DNA of 63,111 bases, the filler included, from Olpidium bornovanus S191 (taxonomy: Eukaryota; Fungi; Olpidiomycota): the NCBI GenBank assembly GCA_017911155.1. It is 28 parts of 28 records of this genome, joined end to end, with 100 filler letters (N's around TTAATTAATTAA, not from the genome) between each part and the next. Parts side by side here need not be neighbours in the genome. Positions count along the whole stretch, not along the records: positions 1 to 4,686 come from JAEFCI010005144.1; positions 4,787 to 6,050 come from JAEFCI010006036.1; positions 6,151 to 9,869 come from JAEFCI010001696.1; positions 9,970 to 11,421 come from JAEFCI010012837.1; positions 11,522 to 14,197 come from JAEFCI010012168.1; 23 more parts are not named here. One strand, written 5' to 3'. Positions 1-14,097 of this stretch are shown one piece after another; positions within the stretch are counted from its first letter, which is position 1; each line of letters opens with the position of its first letter. The notes beneath the pieces were generated by a model. It was not told the origin of the DNA. It saw nothing but the letters and a program-made list of their open reading frames with translations, and did no database searches. A program made the position numbers and the translations under genes.

Positions 1-322
1 CGCTCGCAAAACTGGGAATCCCGACGAGAGAAGCATCCTCCTGCCATCAGCACCGCCTATGAGCCCATTCTTCGCCCTTGTCATCGACGCCTTCTATCAT
101 TAACACCTCGCAGCTGTCATGCTCGGTCTCCCTGTCGGCTATTCACCTGCGAGCTGGGCTGCTCGAAAATATTTGCCCGCCCTGGTGACAGTAGCGTGAT
201 CACCTATGCACCGGGGACGCAAATTGTCATGAACATTTCCTTTTTGGAAACAAACACCAAGAAGCCGGATTCGAAGTTCAGCACACTTTTTGCCGGCCCG
301 TACGTCCTCGTTGAATCGATCG
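1..322 (+). mobile_element. Degenerate Ty3/gypsy integrase C-terminal remnant (GPY/F region)
   Basis: Manual translation gives PMSPFFAL (nt ~55-80) and, in another frame, YAPGTQIVMNISFLETNTKKPDSKFSTLFAGPYVLVESI (nt 205-322). These match the SPF and K...F.GPY motifs downstream of gypsy integrase cores. Stops and frame changes are present. Confidence 0.6.
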
Positions 323-635
323 TGGCGGCGGGCGGTGCCGGCGAGGCGTAGCGCGCGCGATTCGGCGCGCGTCCGTTCGCCGCGTTGCCTCCGCTCACAC
401 GCTCCGCCGTCGGCAGGTCGCGTTCGGCGCCACGAAACGGTGGCGTTACCGGCCCGCGCGGTTTTCGCCGAGAGTGGCGGAAAGCCGGCCCGCTCGCAGT
501 CCATACCCCGCTCGCCGTCACCCCGCTCGCTTCTTGCGAACTCCGGCTGGAAAGCTTTCAGTCCTCCAAGAATTGGGACTTTCCGGCTGATCGCCCGCCG
601 CCGACCTCCCTGCAGCTCGCCGTCAACGGATCGCA

Positions 636-3600
636 ATGAGTCAAGGCGGCCCCCCCGCGCTGAACATTCCGCCAAAGTCGCGGCATCGGAAGTCCCCGTC
701 TGACGTCGCCGCCACGTTGATTACCAAGGCGTCCAACGTCATCGGTTCCTCCTCTTCGAACCACCAAAAGGGGTACTCTTCGAGCTCATCGCCTTCCGCG
801 CAAAGTCCAATCCCGAAGTCCGTCTCGACCAGTTCGGGATTCGGAACGAGTTTGCCAGGGCTTAATAGCACTCCGGCTTCGTCCAAGTGGCATCCCTCCG
901 CCGTCGATGCAAAGGAGGCACTGAAGAAGTTGGGTTTCGAGAAAACGGGGTTCAAGTTCGGTAAAACGCACGGTGTCCCGCAATTCGACGTTCGTGCGTT
1001 CGCGGAGGATTCGTTCGCCCCGGAACAGTGTGAGTTTCCCGGCTGAGCGGCGTGACCGTTGTGAGACCGCGATCGGGGATCGGTGCTGACACTTTGTCAA
1101 TTCGGGTGGTCGCCCCACTCAAGTTGTTTTCTCGATCCTTCGGGATACCAACGAGGAAGGCGTCCGGAGCTTCCACAGCAGTTTGCAGCAAGCGAAGGAA
1201 GAGGCAGCGGAGGATCTTAAGCGGAACGTGTACCGTAACTACAACGAATTTGTGACCATATCCAAGGAAATCTCGAAGTTGGAAACGGATATGTTGGTGC
1301 TGCGGGGCCTGCTGAGCGAGCTCCGTTCAGTTAGTGACTCTTTGAGCGAGGATGCTCCGCAGTTTGCTGCCAACGTTACAGGTAATGTGCTCGCACTCAC
1401 TTCGCTTGCACGGTGTTCAGCGTCTCAATTTGTGTTCGCCGAATCGTTCCAGAATCTCTCCCTTCCCTGAACGTGCTTGCCCAGCAACCGACTGAGCGGA
1501 CCGTGCCGGCGTCCGGCCGACGCGGAGGCAGCGGCAGTGATAAGGAACTGGAGGGATTATGGAGGGCACAAGTGGCAGCTCTCTGGAACGCTGTAGAAGG
1601 GTCACAGAAGTACATTCCGTGGGTGCCCGGACGTCATGTCATTCGGGAAAACACAAACGTGCTCGAGCTTAACCGGTCGTTCAAGCCCCGGCAAGCTGTG
1701 CATCTGTTCCTGTTGAGCGATTCGCTTCTTGTGGCTACACGGAAAAAGAAGGCTATGGCTATGTCGTCCAAGCACAAGCTGATTGCTGACAAATGCTGGG
1801 ATCTTTCCGAGATCGCTGTCCTGGACATCAAGGATTCTCCTGGTGAGTGCTCAAATGATACTGCGTTGAGTTTGCGCCGTTAGTTTAATCGAACAGTGCA
1901 ATATCTAACAAATTAACTTGCTCGCAGAGCTGACCAATGCCTTCAAGATTACGAAGCATCCGGACGTCTTCATTTACAGAACGGAGATGCACGAGGAAAA
2001 ACGGGGCATAATTCAGGCTATCAGGCGGGTGACAGAGGAGCGCATGGCGTCACGCCGCAAAGAACGAGAGTCTCAGGCAGGGTCGCCGGCACCTTCCTCA
2101 CCGATGGTGAGCGCGATGGGGCCCGCCCGTTCCACACGTGCACGAACGTCTTTTATTCAGTTGTTTCGCTGCGGAACCAGGCGCCCAAGTCGTCAATGGA
2201 TACACTTGGCCCGTTGCCGTCAGCGTCGGAAACGGCCCAGCCACCAATCCATTCATCAGCATCGCGTCGTCTCCAACCTCAACAGTCGCGGCGCGAGCTG
2301 GCACCCGCAGATATACAACGGATGAACGACTTGGCAGAGGAGCTTGACGTATTTATTGCGCATCGGGAATTCGAGGACGCGGTTGAAGGCTTAGAAAAAG
2401 GTCAGAACTGGATTGGTGTGCCGTGCGAAATTCTGGCGTGTGCTGTCAGTGGTAACCTTTGCGCGTTGCCCGGATTTTCTCAGCCAGGGTTATATTGACT
2501 TCTTTTGCAGTCGACTCCCAGCGAGTGCTGCAAGTTCGACGAAATTTGGAGGAGCGGGTTTCTCGGTTATCCCACGCGATCGGCTGCGACTTATCAATAC
2601 CAACCCTGACAAAGTCGCAGGTTCAGCAGAACATAATGTGGCTGCTACGATTAGGTTTGGGGGAGCAGGTATTTAAGCTTTTGGCAACAGTTTGCTCTTC
2701 TAAACGAGACACCGCAGCTGACACCGTTCATTTCCAAGGCTCGAGGCATTTTTCTTCGCGCCAGAAGCTCGATTATCCGAAATAGATCACGGTAGAGTAA
2801 CGAAAAAAATAACCTTGGAGGGGAATTAGCCACCTTTCTAACATGAATATTTGTCCGGAAATGTGCTATGTTGTAGTCAACTCAAACTGGAAGGTGAAAT
2901 CTCCAACTATATTACAGAATTATCATTAGTGGTGTTTACACTGATCAAGAACACGTGCGACTGGTACGGTTCATCGTTCAAGGAAGCAAGCATGGCGTCA
3001 GGTAATGCTTGTTTTGGTCAGCTACCATTCTACTTCATCACTTTGGCCAAACAGACTTATTCGCAGTACCTTGCGGCTTTGTTGGTTTGCAGGCTTCGTT
3101 AAGTGGGCGAAACAGGAAATAGGATTGTACGCTGATATATTCAGACGGCAGGTGTTCCACAACCATCAGAACTTCGAGATAATCGCTGACTGTTTGCGGA
3201 CCGCGCACGACCAATGCCGGATGGTAGGGGGTTCGCGAACCCGCGTTCTATAAGGGTGCCGGAGTGCGACAGCGCTTAACGTGCAACAGCTGCGCAATGT
3301 AGGATTAGATCTCAACTTCCTGCTGGATCAGGTCTTCTTTTCGGACATCCTCGAAGCGATTGTCCGGTATGAGGCGCGGTGCATGTCGCAAATCGGGAAA
3401 GGCGTGAACGACGATAATTTCAATGCCGTGGATTTGAGCACTGAAGATGTCGGCGCACAAATTGTGGAGCCTGGTGCGCGCATGCGTCAGAACTGATGGG
3501 AAGGGGGGGGGGGGAAATATCGGCTGACGCGTGTGATCCAATGGCCGTAGACTCGGGCATCAAAATTACCAGCAGCGTGGTCACGTTTTACCAGACTGTC

Positions 3601-4618
3601 ATCGAGTTCCTGCACGCAGTTGGCTTGCTGCTCAATATTACGGTATTTCGACTAATCGGCTCCGAATTCCCAGTCGTTAGCCGCTGCCCAGTGCAATCTT
3701 ACGTCTGCCGTTCGTCGGGCCTCCCTGCCCCGCGGTGCAGCTTTACAGCCGCATAGTGGCCAGCGTGACTTCGCTCATAGATGGTTATTTGAAAAAGTTG
3801 CACGTGGCTATCAACGAACGGGATCTGGATGATAAACAGGTAGGCATTGACCTCGCCGGCTGTCCTAAAAGATGTTGGGTGGGTTATGTGCCGTCGCAAA
3901 GGCTGTGTTGCGCAGAATCTCCTCACGTGCATTGTTGTAAGCAGGCCCTCAACGCTTTCGTCGACGCCAATTACGTTATCGAGAGCTTTTTGCCCAGGAT
4001 ATCCCCCCAATTGACGGTACGGGGTAGCGACACCATTTTATGCGTCGCCCGTCGTTACGATCGGCTGAGTCTGCCCGACACAGCGACGATTCGACCGACC
4101 TGTCCCTGAAACAGAAAATCTGTTGGCTCGTTTACATAGTAAGATCACCGAAAGCTGGTACTTGTGCGAGCGTCCGATCTTTTGACAAGCCGGTAATGAT
4201 TTTGCAGACACCGTGAGAATGATGCAAGACGCCTTTTGCAAAAAGAGGGGCGCGACCCTTGCCCGCGAAGAATATAACTTCGCCGACGTAGATTACTCGT
4301 TCGTACGTGCCCCACGCATCAAAAAAAAAAAATCCGCTGCTATGACGCCAGCCGACGGCGGCGTTCTACTGACCATACTGTTGACTGTTCGCTTCTTCTT
4401 TACGTTTTTCGGAGCAGGTCACGGACCTGACAGATAATTCACGGTCGTCGGAGGTTATCCTAAAGCTGATACTGACGCTGGACGCTCTCGCTGCGGAGGC
4501 CGCGGCAAGAAAGGTCGAAGGCCAAACTTTTGTGTCCGGGATTATCGAATATATGTTTACAACAATGACGGAAGGTGGCGATATCGGGCGCGCTTTTGCC
4601 GCTTCGCGCGGAGCACAG
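636..4618 (+). CDS. EXO84: Exocyst subunit Exo84 (multi-exon, 3' end truncated by contig end)
   Basis: Spliced translation contains FDVRAF, LQQAKEEAAEDLKRNVYRNYNEFVTISKEISKLETDML (Vps51/Exo84 N-terminal coil), a PH domain (LWNAVEGSQKYIPWVPGRHVIRE...VHLFLLSDSLLVA...ADKCWDL) and Exo84_C-like helices (ARGIFLRARS, LKLEGEISNYITELSLVVFTLIK, LRNVGLDLNFLL). About a dozen GT-AG introns. Confidence 0.92.
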
Positions 4619-4686
4619 GTGCGGGCAAATTCTGACGCTCAGTCTTGCACCTCGGCGTGTCCCAATCCCCCCCCCCCCCCCCCCTC

Positions 4687-4786
4687 NNNNNNNNNNNNNN
4701 NNNNNNNNNNNNNNNNNNNNNNNNNNNNNNTTAATTAATTAANNNNNNNNNNNNNNNNNNNNNNNNNNNNNNNNNNNNNNNNNNNN
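4687..4786. other. Artificial contig linker (first of 27 identical linkers)
   Basis: 44 N + TTAATTAATTAA (stop codons in all six frames) + 44 N. Linkers start at 4687, 6051, 9870, 11422, 14198, 15506, 17315, 18988, 22235, 23687, 25491, 27112, 28579, 30725, 32943, 35434, 39740, 41382, 43472, 49714, 51461, 53584, 54964, 56452, 58766, 60396 and 61820. Confidence 0.99.
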
Positions 4787-6661
4787 CCCCTCGCCCCACC
4801 CCCCCCCCCCCTTCCCCCCCCCCCACCCCGACCTCGCGTGCGCGCGCCAGCGGACCGAGGCGCGACCTGAACCGTCTCGGCAGGCCGACCTCGCTTTTCG
4901 CCAATTAACCGCGCGCCCCTGCACGACCCCGGCTCCAAGGGACGGCCGCGTTCTGCCGGAAGTGATTACGCGTCCGGCAGGCTTCCGCCCGATACTCGCC
5001 CCGGCTTGCACCCGAGCATCGCGACGCCGCACACTTCTCGCGCGAGGTCGGTCGGCTTGCGGAAGCACACCAAGCGCGCCCTGTCGCAGAGCTGCTCTCC
5101 CGGAGACGCTTCCGGGTTGCGCGCCGCGGAGCGCAGCAGAGCTCCCGACGGTCGTCATCTGCCAGCGCCGCGCATCACCCCGGCCAGCCAGTCCGCACCG
5201 GACAGCAAACGAATGGCCGGCGCTGTTGTCGATTCTGCCTTCGGAGCTGCGCGCTGCGAAGCGCTGCATTAGTTCCCCGACGATTATCATTTGATCATTT
5301 GTTCTAATCGATGATGCGCCGCTGAGCCTCCCCCCCCCTCCGCCCCAACTCCTCAACAAGGCGAACGGAGTAAATCTCCAGTTCGCATTCCCACGTCGCG
5401 CGTGACCCACCTGGAACAGGCGGCGTGTCACGTGTTTCGACCCATTGCCGCCTCGTGCAGGTTGTTTTATGTTTTGTTCGCGGAGGCGGGTCGAGGCCTG
5501 CGGGGCGAACGGATTTGTGGGAGGCGTGCGACGGGTGCGATCCGGGAGTGCAGCCCAAGTCTTCTTCTGTACAGTCCATGCGCGGAATGCCATGGTCACC
5601 CGGGCATTTTCCGAGGAAACATATATAGCTTGCAAGTTATGTTGAGCTTTAACGAGGAATAAGCCACTTTTACCGTGTAGTGGACGCACCCATATCATGT
5701 GGCACCCCCAATCGAATAGACCTATAACCATCGATGGCCCCCCCAATCGATTGGCGGCCCCCAAGTTCGTAAAACCCTCTCTCCGGGCCTTCCGTTAATA
5801 AATACAACGATCCTCCGACTCGCACCTACAAATGTTATTCCAATTTTCATTGGTCAGTTTGTAAGGGGAGGTACATCTCTGGGGCCCGCCGAAGGGGCAT
5901 GTCTTGCTCTGGTGTGCGCCCCTTTGGGGATTCCTTCCTGGCGTTAATTCTGGCGTGTCGACGAAGGGGTGTCCCAATCGGGCCACTCTCCTATGCTAAT
6001 CCGGCTGCCTTCTGCCGTCGCCCGGCACACAATATTTTTGGACTGGCAGGNNNNNNNNNNNNNNNNNNNNNNNNNNNNNNNNNNNNNNNNNNNNTTAATT
6101 AATTAANNNNNNNNNNNNNNNNNNNNNNNNNNNNNNNNNNNNNNNNNNNNCAGGTGATAACCCACATCATCACCCACACCACCGTATCCTAGGTGCTACG
6201 GCGCATCAAAAAGCAGGTGATACGAGAAAACGGCTCTCTGATGGTTTGACACCCCCCAATGTTACGACATGACGCATAAACCATTGAAATTATCATGATC
6301 GGGGTTCTACACCACGCAAGGACGCGTGACTCGAGGGGCCGTAAGCGTGAAACGGGAAGCTTTCTTTCGGGGTGTTCCGTTGCTGCATCTCCTCTGTCTT
6401 CCTAGAGCAGCTGCGAGGGAACTCCCCCCGAGGGGAAGGGAGAGGCGGCGAGGACCGGAAGGCCCGCCGCCCCGGGTGCGCGTGGTGCGGGGAACGCCCT
6501 CTGTGGAGATTTTAAACAGGCCCCCGAGCTTACAACAATCCCGCTCGCGCGCGCTCCGGACCCAACCCCGAGACACCGCGGACACGCAACTGAAGCCCCC
6601 CCTCCACCTTTCCCCCCGCGCGCGGAGCCGCCGCGCCTTCGCTCGGAGGCACCACGTTTCG

Positions 6662-8972
6662 ATGCCGCAAGGGCGCGGCGAACGCGGCGGCCGCGCCGAC
6701 GGCGGCGCACCGGCCCCCCCCCCGTGCGGTCCGCCGGGCGAGGCCGACGAACGCCGCGTGCCGCTGGCCCTCCTGCGTTTCGCGAAGCTGCTGCTGGTAT
6801 CGCCGCCGTTCCGCCGCTGGCTCTCCGCCGGCGCGGCGCTGGCTCGCGAAACGTTCGGCCCCCGCGCAGAACCCCTGGCGCCGGGCGGCCCGCCCGTCGA
6901 TCCGACGCCGGCTGCGCCGCCGCCTCCTCCTCCTCCTCCTCCTCCTCCTCCAACGCCCTGCGCGAGGCGTTCGCCTCACCCCTCCTTTTCGGCAAACGGC
7001 GGGGGGGGGGAAACGCGCGGCGTCCGTTCCCGAAAGCGCGCCGTTTTCGTTCGTCTGCCGCGGCGTTGCTTTTTTTGGTTTTTTTTTTTTTTTTTTTTTT
7101 TTTCTTGTCTGACCAAAGCTGCGAAAAAACTCCGGCAGGCTTGCCGAGAGCGCACCCTGACGGCCGTCTCCGGCGGTGGAGGCACCTCGCGCACGAGTGC
7201 GCTGCAGACGCGCGGTACGCGACGGCCGTGGCCGGCCTGTTGTCGGCCGTCGGATATCACAGAAGCAAGAGGATTGCCGCAAAAACAGACCAACAGGCTC
7301 CAACAACTACTAGAAGTAATGCCTTTCTTCAAGAAGATATCTGTCGGTTAATACAGGATTTCGCGGGGGGCAAACCTCTGGACGCGCTCGTCTCGGCGTG
7401 CCACCGTAAGTGCGAATGGACTCCGCCCTCGACCCCAGAAGCGAAGCGGCGCCCTGACCTCCGCGAACCCGCAGAACTGTGTTCGACCGTTCTCGACGAC
7501 GAGGCGACCTGGGCGTGGCTCGAACGCGCGCGCGAATATTTCCAGAGCGCGGGAGCCGCCGACCCGGATGAGGAGGAGCTGGAAGCCCTGCTGAACGCGG
7601 GCCAGGCTTCCTTCCGCGGGTGGCCGCGCGAACCGTGCCACGAATTTGAAAAGGAGCTCAGGGAGCTGCTACACGACTTGCGCCGGGACGACGACGCCGC
7701 CGACCGCTTCGGCCGCGCGCTCGAGCGGCTGGTGGGAGAAGTGTTTCTCGACCCCTCGGGGAACTTCGTGCTGCCCCCGGAATCATGCGACGAGCTGGAG
7801 TCGCTGTTCGTCCCGATCGCGACGGAGTTTTTTTCGGAGATACCCGTCGTGTCCGTCGAGGAGCACGACGACAACATGGACTTGTACATCGACAACATCG
7901 TCCTGGACGGGAGCCAGCTGCGGCCGGAATCGTTCACCATCGAAGCGGCCGTCGAGGACCTGCCGGACGTCGCCGGCAAACCGGCGGGCTTGCGGAGAAC
8001 TGAGATCCGAATCGCGTCCCACGGCTCCCGCGCCCCCGTTCGGAACATGTTTTTCCAATACAACCACAAGAGGTGAGATGAAACTCCCGCGGCGCCTGCG
8101 CGCCGATCGCCCGCAGCGTGTTTTAGAAAGACGGTCGGCCCGAACCCGAAAGGCACGTTTCAGCTTTCCCAGATTTACCGAGTCCGGAACCGCCGACGCC
8201 TGGGTCACGGACAAGGGCGTCTCGTTCAACGTACAACTGGAGTTCGTCAGCAACGCAGAGGGCGTTATCCAGGCTTTTTCGTGGGACCGAGGGGAGCCCT
8301 CTCGCAGGCCGTGCCTGACGGCGGGCGGGAAAGGGCCGGTAACTCTCAACGCGAAGACGGTGGACGCGCGCGTGGACAAGCTGAGACTCGACGTTCACGA
8401 CGCGAAGCACGAGTGCGTGGCGCGGCTGCGTTACCTTTTTTTACGTTGCGGTTTTCATTCCCCAGCAGCACCTGCCGTGTGACGTTCGTTTCGACTGGCC
8501 CCGCCTCCCCTTGTCGATTGCGTTCGGCCGTTAATTCGCACGGTTGCGGCGGCGGCGCAACAACGCTGAGGATGACCCCCCTCCCTCGCCCCCCCAAAAC
8601 TTTTTTTGCCCCCGGGTTGCTCTCTTTTTCCCTCCCGCCCCGCGCCGCCGTCACCCCAGAATCCTCGTCAGCATATTGATGCCCGTCGTGACCAGCAGGG
8701 CCGCGCGGCAGCTGGAGAGCTCGCTGAAGAGTCACCTGGAGCACCTCCTCCGCGAGCTCGACAAGCGGGCCACCGCGGCGCGCCAGACGTCCGCCCGCGT
8801 CGCCGCCCTCATCCGCGCGACCCCCGTCCTCCACCAGCTGGACCGCGAGCTGCCGGCCGCCTCGGGGCCGCTGTTTGTGCGCCGAGAAGGCGAGAGCCGC
8901 GCGAAAGATCGTCCCTCCGCCGCCGGCTCGCCGGCGCCCCGCGTCTCCGCGCCCTTCGGCGCCGTTCGTTGA
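6662..8972 (+). CDS. Fungal HAM1-like / DUF5923-DUF4449 family protein (S. pombe SPAC32A11.02c-like), multi-exon
   Basis: Family-like blocks appear in order: LLRFAKLLLVSPPFRRWL, RLRRWRHLAHECAADARYATAVAGLL, LIQDFAGGKPLDAL, IPVVSVEEHDDNMDLYIDNIVL, FPRFTESGTADAWV, VDARVDKLRLDVHDAKHE, ILMPVVTSRAARQLESSL. Frame changes coincide with GT-AG introns. Confidence 0.7.
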
Positions 8973-9596
8973 ACGCGTTTTAACGGGAGGCGGGAAAAAA
9001 AAAAAGAAAGAAGAAAAAAAAAAAGAAAGAAAAAAAAAAGAAAGAAAGAAGAAAGAAAGAGAGAAAGAAAGAAAAGAAAAAGAAGACGAAGAAACGCCGC
9101 CCTTTGGCCGGTTTCATCCATCATCCTGGCGGGCGGGGAAAAAAGTCTCGGATTCCGTCTCCGATCTGGTTTTTTTTTTTTCATTTACTTTTTAAGCACA
9201 TCCGCCAAAAATAAAAAATTTTACTTCCCGACATTTTTTTTTTCTTATTCCCCGTTTCCCCAGAAAACCGTTTGCCGTCCGCCCATCGTCGAGGACCTTT
9301 TTCGTGATTCGTAAGCCACCCTGACGTGTGTGCATTAAATTCAACCTTGTCCCCGGCATTCTGCAAATTTTTTGCCAAGATAAAAAAAAAAAAAAAAAAG
9401 AAAAAGTAATTTTTGCTGGGGCATCGCGGGAAGTCCCGTCATGTGACCGGCAAAAGATGTGCTTGAGGCTGTTCGGTGGGCCGCAGATAGGTACACGTCG
9501 AAATGGCATAGAAACCACGTCAAAGTACTCGTGTTCGGCATTTGTTTGTGCTGTTTATTTGAAGGGGCCACACTGGATGATGTCCTTGCCAACACC

Positions 9597-9869
9597 ATGG
9601 ATGAAGGAAAGCTGCGAGAGGAAGATGCCTTTAAGAAGAAAGTCCGCAACCTTTTGGGTGCCATTTGGCGTGTGGCGACCTGCGCCGTCATGATGCGGAG
9701 AATGTTTGCCGAAGAAGACGAGGGTCCCATTGCCATGGTCCTGTATGCCATGGTGGCGGAGAGGTATCTCCTTGACGAAGACCACGACTTCGACCTGAAC
9801 AGTGACTTCATCGACCTGGAAAGACGTTCCCAGTTGTTGCAGATCTGTTGTTGGAGGGAATGCAAAGCC
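9597..9869 (+). CDS. Partial ORF of unknown function (runs into linker)
   Basis: Open frame MDEGKLREEDAFKKKVRNLLGAIWRVATCAVMMRRMFAEEDEGPIAMVLYAMVAERYLL has protein-like composition. No family recognised. Confidence 0.25.
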
Positions 9870-10062
9870 NNNNNNNNNNNNNNNNNNNNNNNNNNNNNNN
9901 NNNNNNNNNNNNNTTAATTAATTAANNNNNNNNNNNNNNNNNNNNNNNNNNNNNNNNNNNNNNNNNNNNAAACCAAAAAAACCAAAACGGCCGCGCCCCC
10001 CCCCAACCCTTCCCCCAAAGACAAAGGCATCATCAGGGTCTGATCCCCCCCCTTGCGCCCAC

Positions 10063-10110
<48 letters not shown>

Positions 10111-10349
10111 ACGTCCCAAGCTTGTTGACCGGGCTGCGCAGCAAACACCCGGAGGAAAACCGGCCAGAAACGTGACGGAGCAGCATCGTATATATGTCGC
10201 TTTTCCGCGAGAATAGCCGAGACGGGGCGAAAATCAAGGGAAGAAATGGAAAATGACGGCTAAAGAAAAAAATGAAAGAGAATTGGTGCGGTGTACTTCT
10301 TTTGGCGTCTGCTTTCCATCCATCGTCCGCAGAAGGCGCGAGCTATCTA

Positions 10350-11421
10350 TCATGCACCGCCAGCAGAGGCGGTCGGTGCCATGGCGATCGCCGGGTCCAG
10401 CTGAGTGCCGTTTGCTGTCTTCCCGGGGAGGATAGTTTCAACAATGCCAGGCAACGAAAACTCCCGGTCGCTGACGCGAGGGCGATCCATCTGTCGGTGA
10501 ACCTCCGACGGTGAGGACTTGTTGAAGACCACCGACCGGTTTTGGTGCCACGGGTGCTGGAAGCTGCAACCTGGTCTGGTGCAGGCGGTCCCGAAGCGGC
10601 ACTGTTCGTTTTTGACAGCACGGGGATGGGAATCAAGGAAATTGACAACGTGATATTAAGAGCCAACGCATCACGAAACATCTCTCGTAGCAAAAACCGA
10701 AGGCAAGTGGGCGTTTGTACCGGGATGTTCCTAGGCTTCTCCCAGGGGTGCGTGAAGTGGCACACGGGCCGGTTGCAGGCGACCCCATCGCGGCACGGCA
10801 CTGGGTTCTTGTGTAACGAAGCCGGCGCGAGCTTCGATGCCGCTTCCTCGAGCGAGCAGTCCAGAAGGGCCTGAACAGAGGGCTTGGTTTCCGTTGATGG
10901 TACGACACGCGTGTCCCCAACAGTTTCCACCATTTCTGCATCGCTGCTTTCCGCTAACGGGGCGCTGGAAGTTTTTCCGATGCTATTAGCGTTCGCGACC
11001 CACGCTCAGAGTGCAGGCGGAAAAGAGGCCAAATGACGCATGGCTCTCGCCGCAGATCTTACCCGTACGGCTTTTCCCCGCCCCGTCCGACCTGACCAGG
11101 ATGACTAAACGTGCAAGTCGACTTTTTGCAGTTCGGGTGGAACTTGCATTCCGGCGCCGAGGACGGCGATGGATGCAAGAAATGGCAATTCGGCTTCGTG
11201 CAATTCGTCCCAAACTTGCAGGACGTCAGGCCGCCGTTCGCCATCGCCGTCGGTCCGGGAAATCCCGTCGTCGTTGTCGCAGCCACTGACGTCGCCTTTT
11301 GCGGCGACCACTGCGGAATGTGGCGCGTCGTCGGCGAAAACACGGCCGGCTCTTGGTGGGTCATAAGGCGGTAATGCCCGTCCATAATTTTCGGGTCTGG
11401 GTAGACGCCGCCGTTCTCATG
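10350..11421 (-). CDS. NAB2: Nab2/ZC3H14-like poly(A) RNA-binding protein, C-terminal CCCH zinc-finger region (5' truncated)
   Basis: Four C-x5-C-x4-C-x3-H fingers across exons (CKFGTNCTKPNCHFLH, CKFHPNCKKSTCTFSH, CRDGVACNRPVCHFTH, CRFGTACTRPGCSFQH), followed by a Nab2-like tail NRSVVFN...VSDREF...VETILPG. Stop at 10350-10352. Confidence 0.82.
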
Positions 11422-11785
11422 NNNNNNNNNNNNNNNNNNNNNNNNNNNNNNNNNNNNNNNNNNNNTTAATTAATTAANNNNNNNNNNNNNNNNNNNNNNN
11501 NNNNNNNNNNNNNNNNNNNNNAAAAAAAAAAAAAAAAAAAAAAGCCCCGCCTCACCCGCCGCCAACGCTCCTCCGTCTGGGCGGTCCCCGTCGGGCCCGG
11601 CGGTGCGCATCGTCCGCGGCCTTCAGAGAGCTGAGCTGCTGCTGCTGCTGTGCTGTGCTGTGTGCTGTGCGAGCGAGAAGGCCCCAAGCGAAAGAAACGC
11701 CCGACCGCCCTGGAAAACGCGCGTGGAAACCTCTGCGGAAATAGAAAAGGCGTTCTCGCCCCACGCATCCCCCCCGCCGCCGCCA

Positions 11786-14097
<2,312 letters not shown>

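Noticed and set aside
4731-4742. TTAATTAATTAA as a recurring biological repeat or CRISPR-like array
   Set aside because: It always sits at the centre of an exact 44N-12-44N block. It is a synthetic six-frame stop linker.
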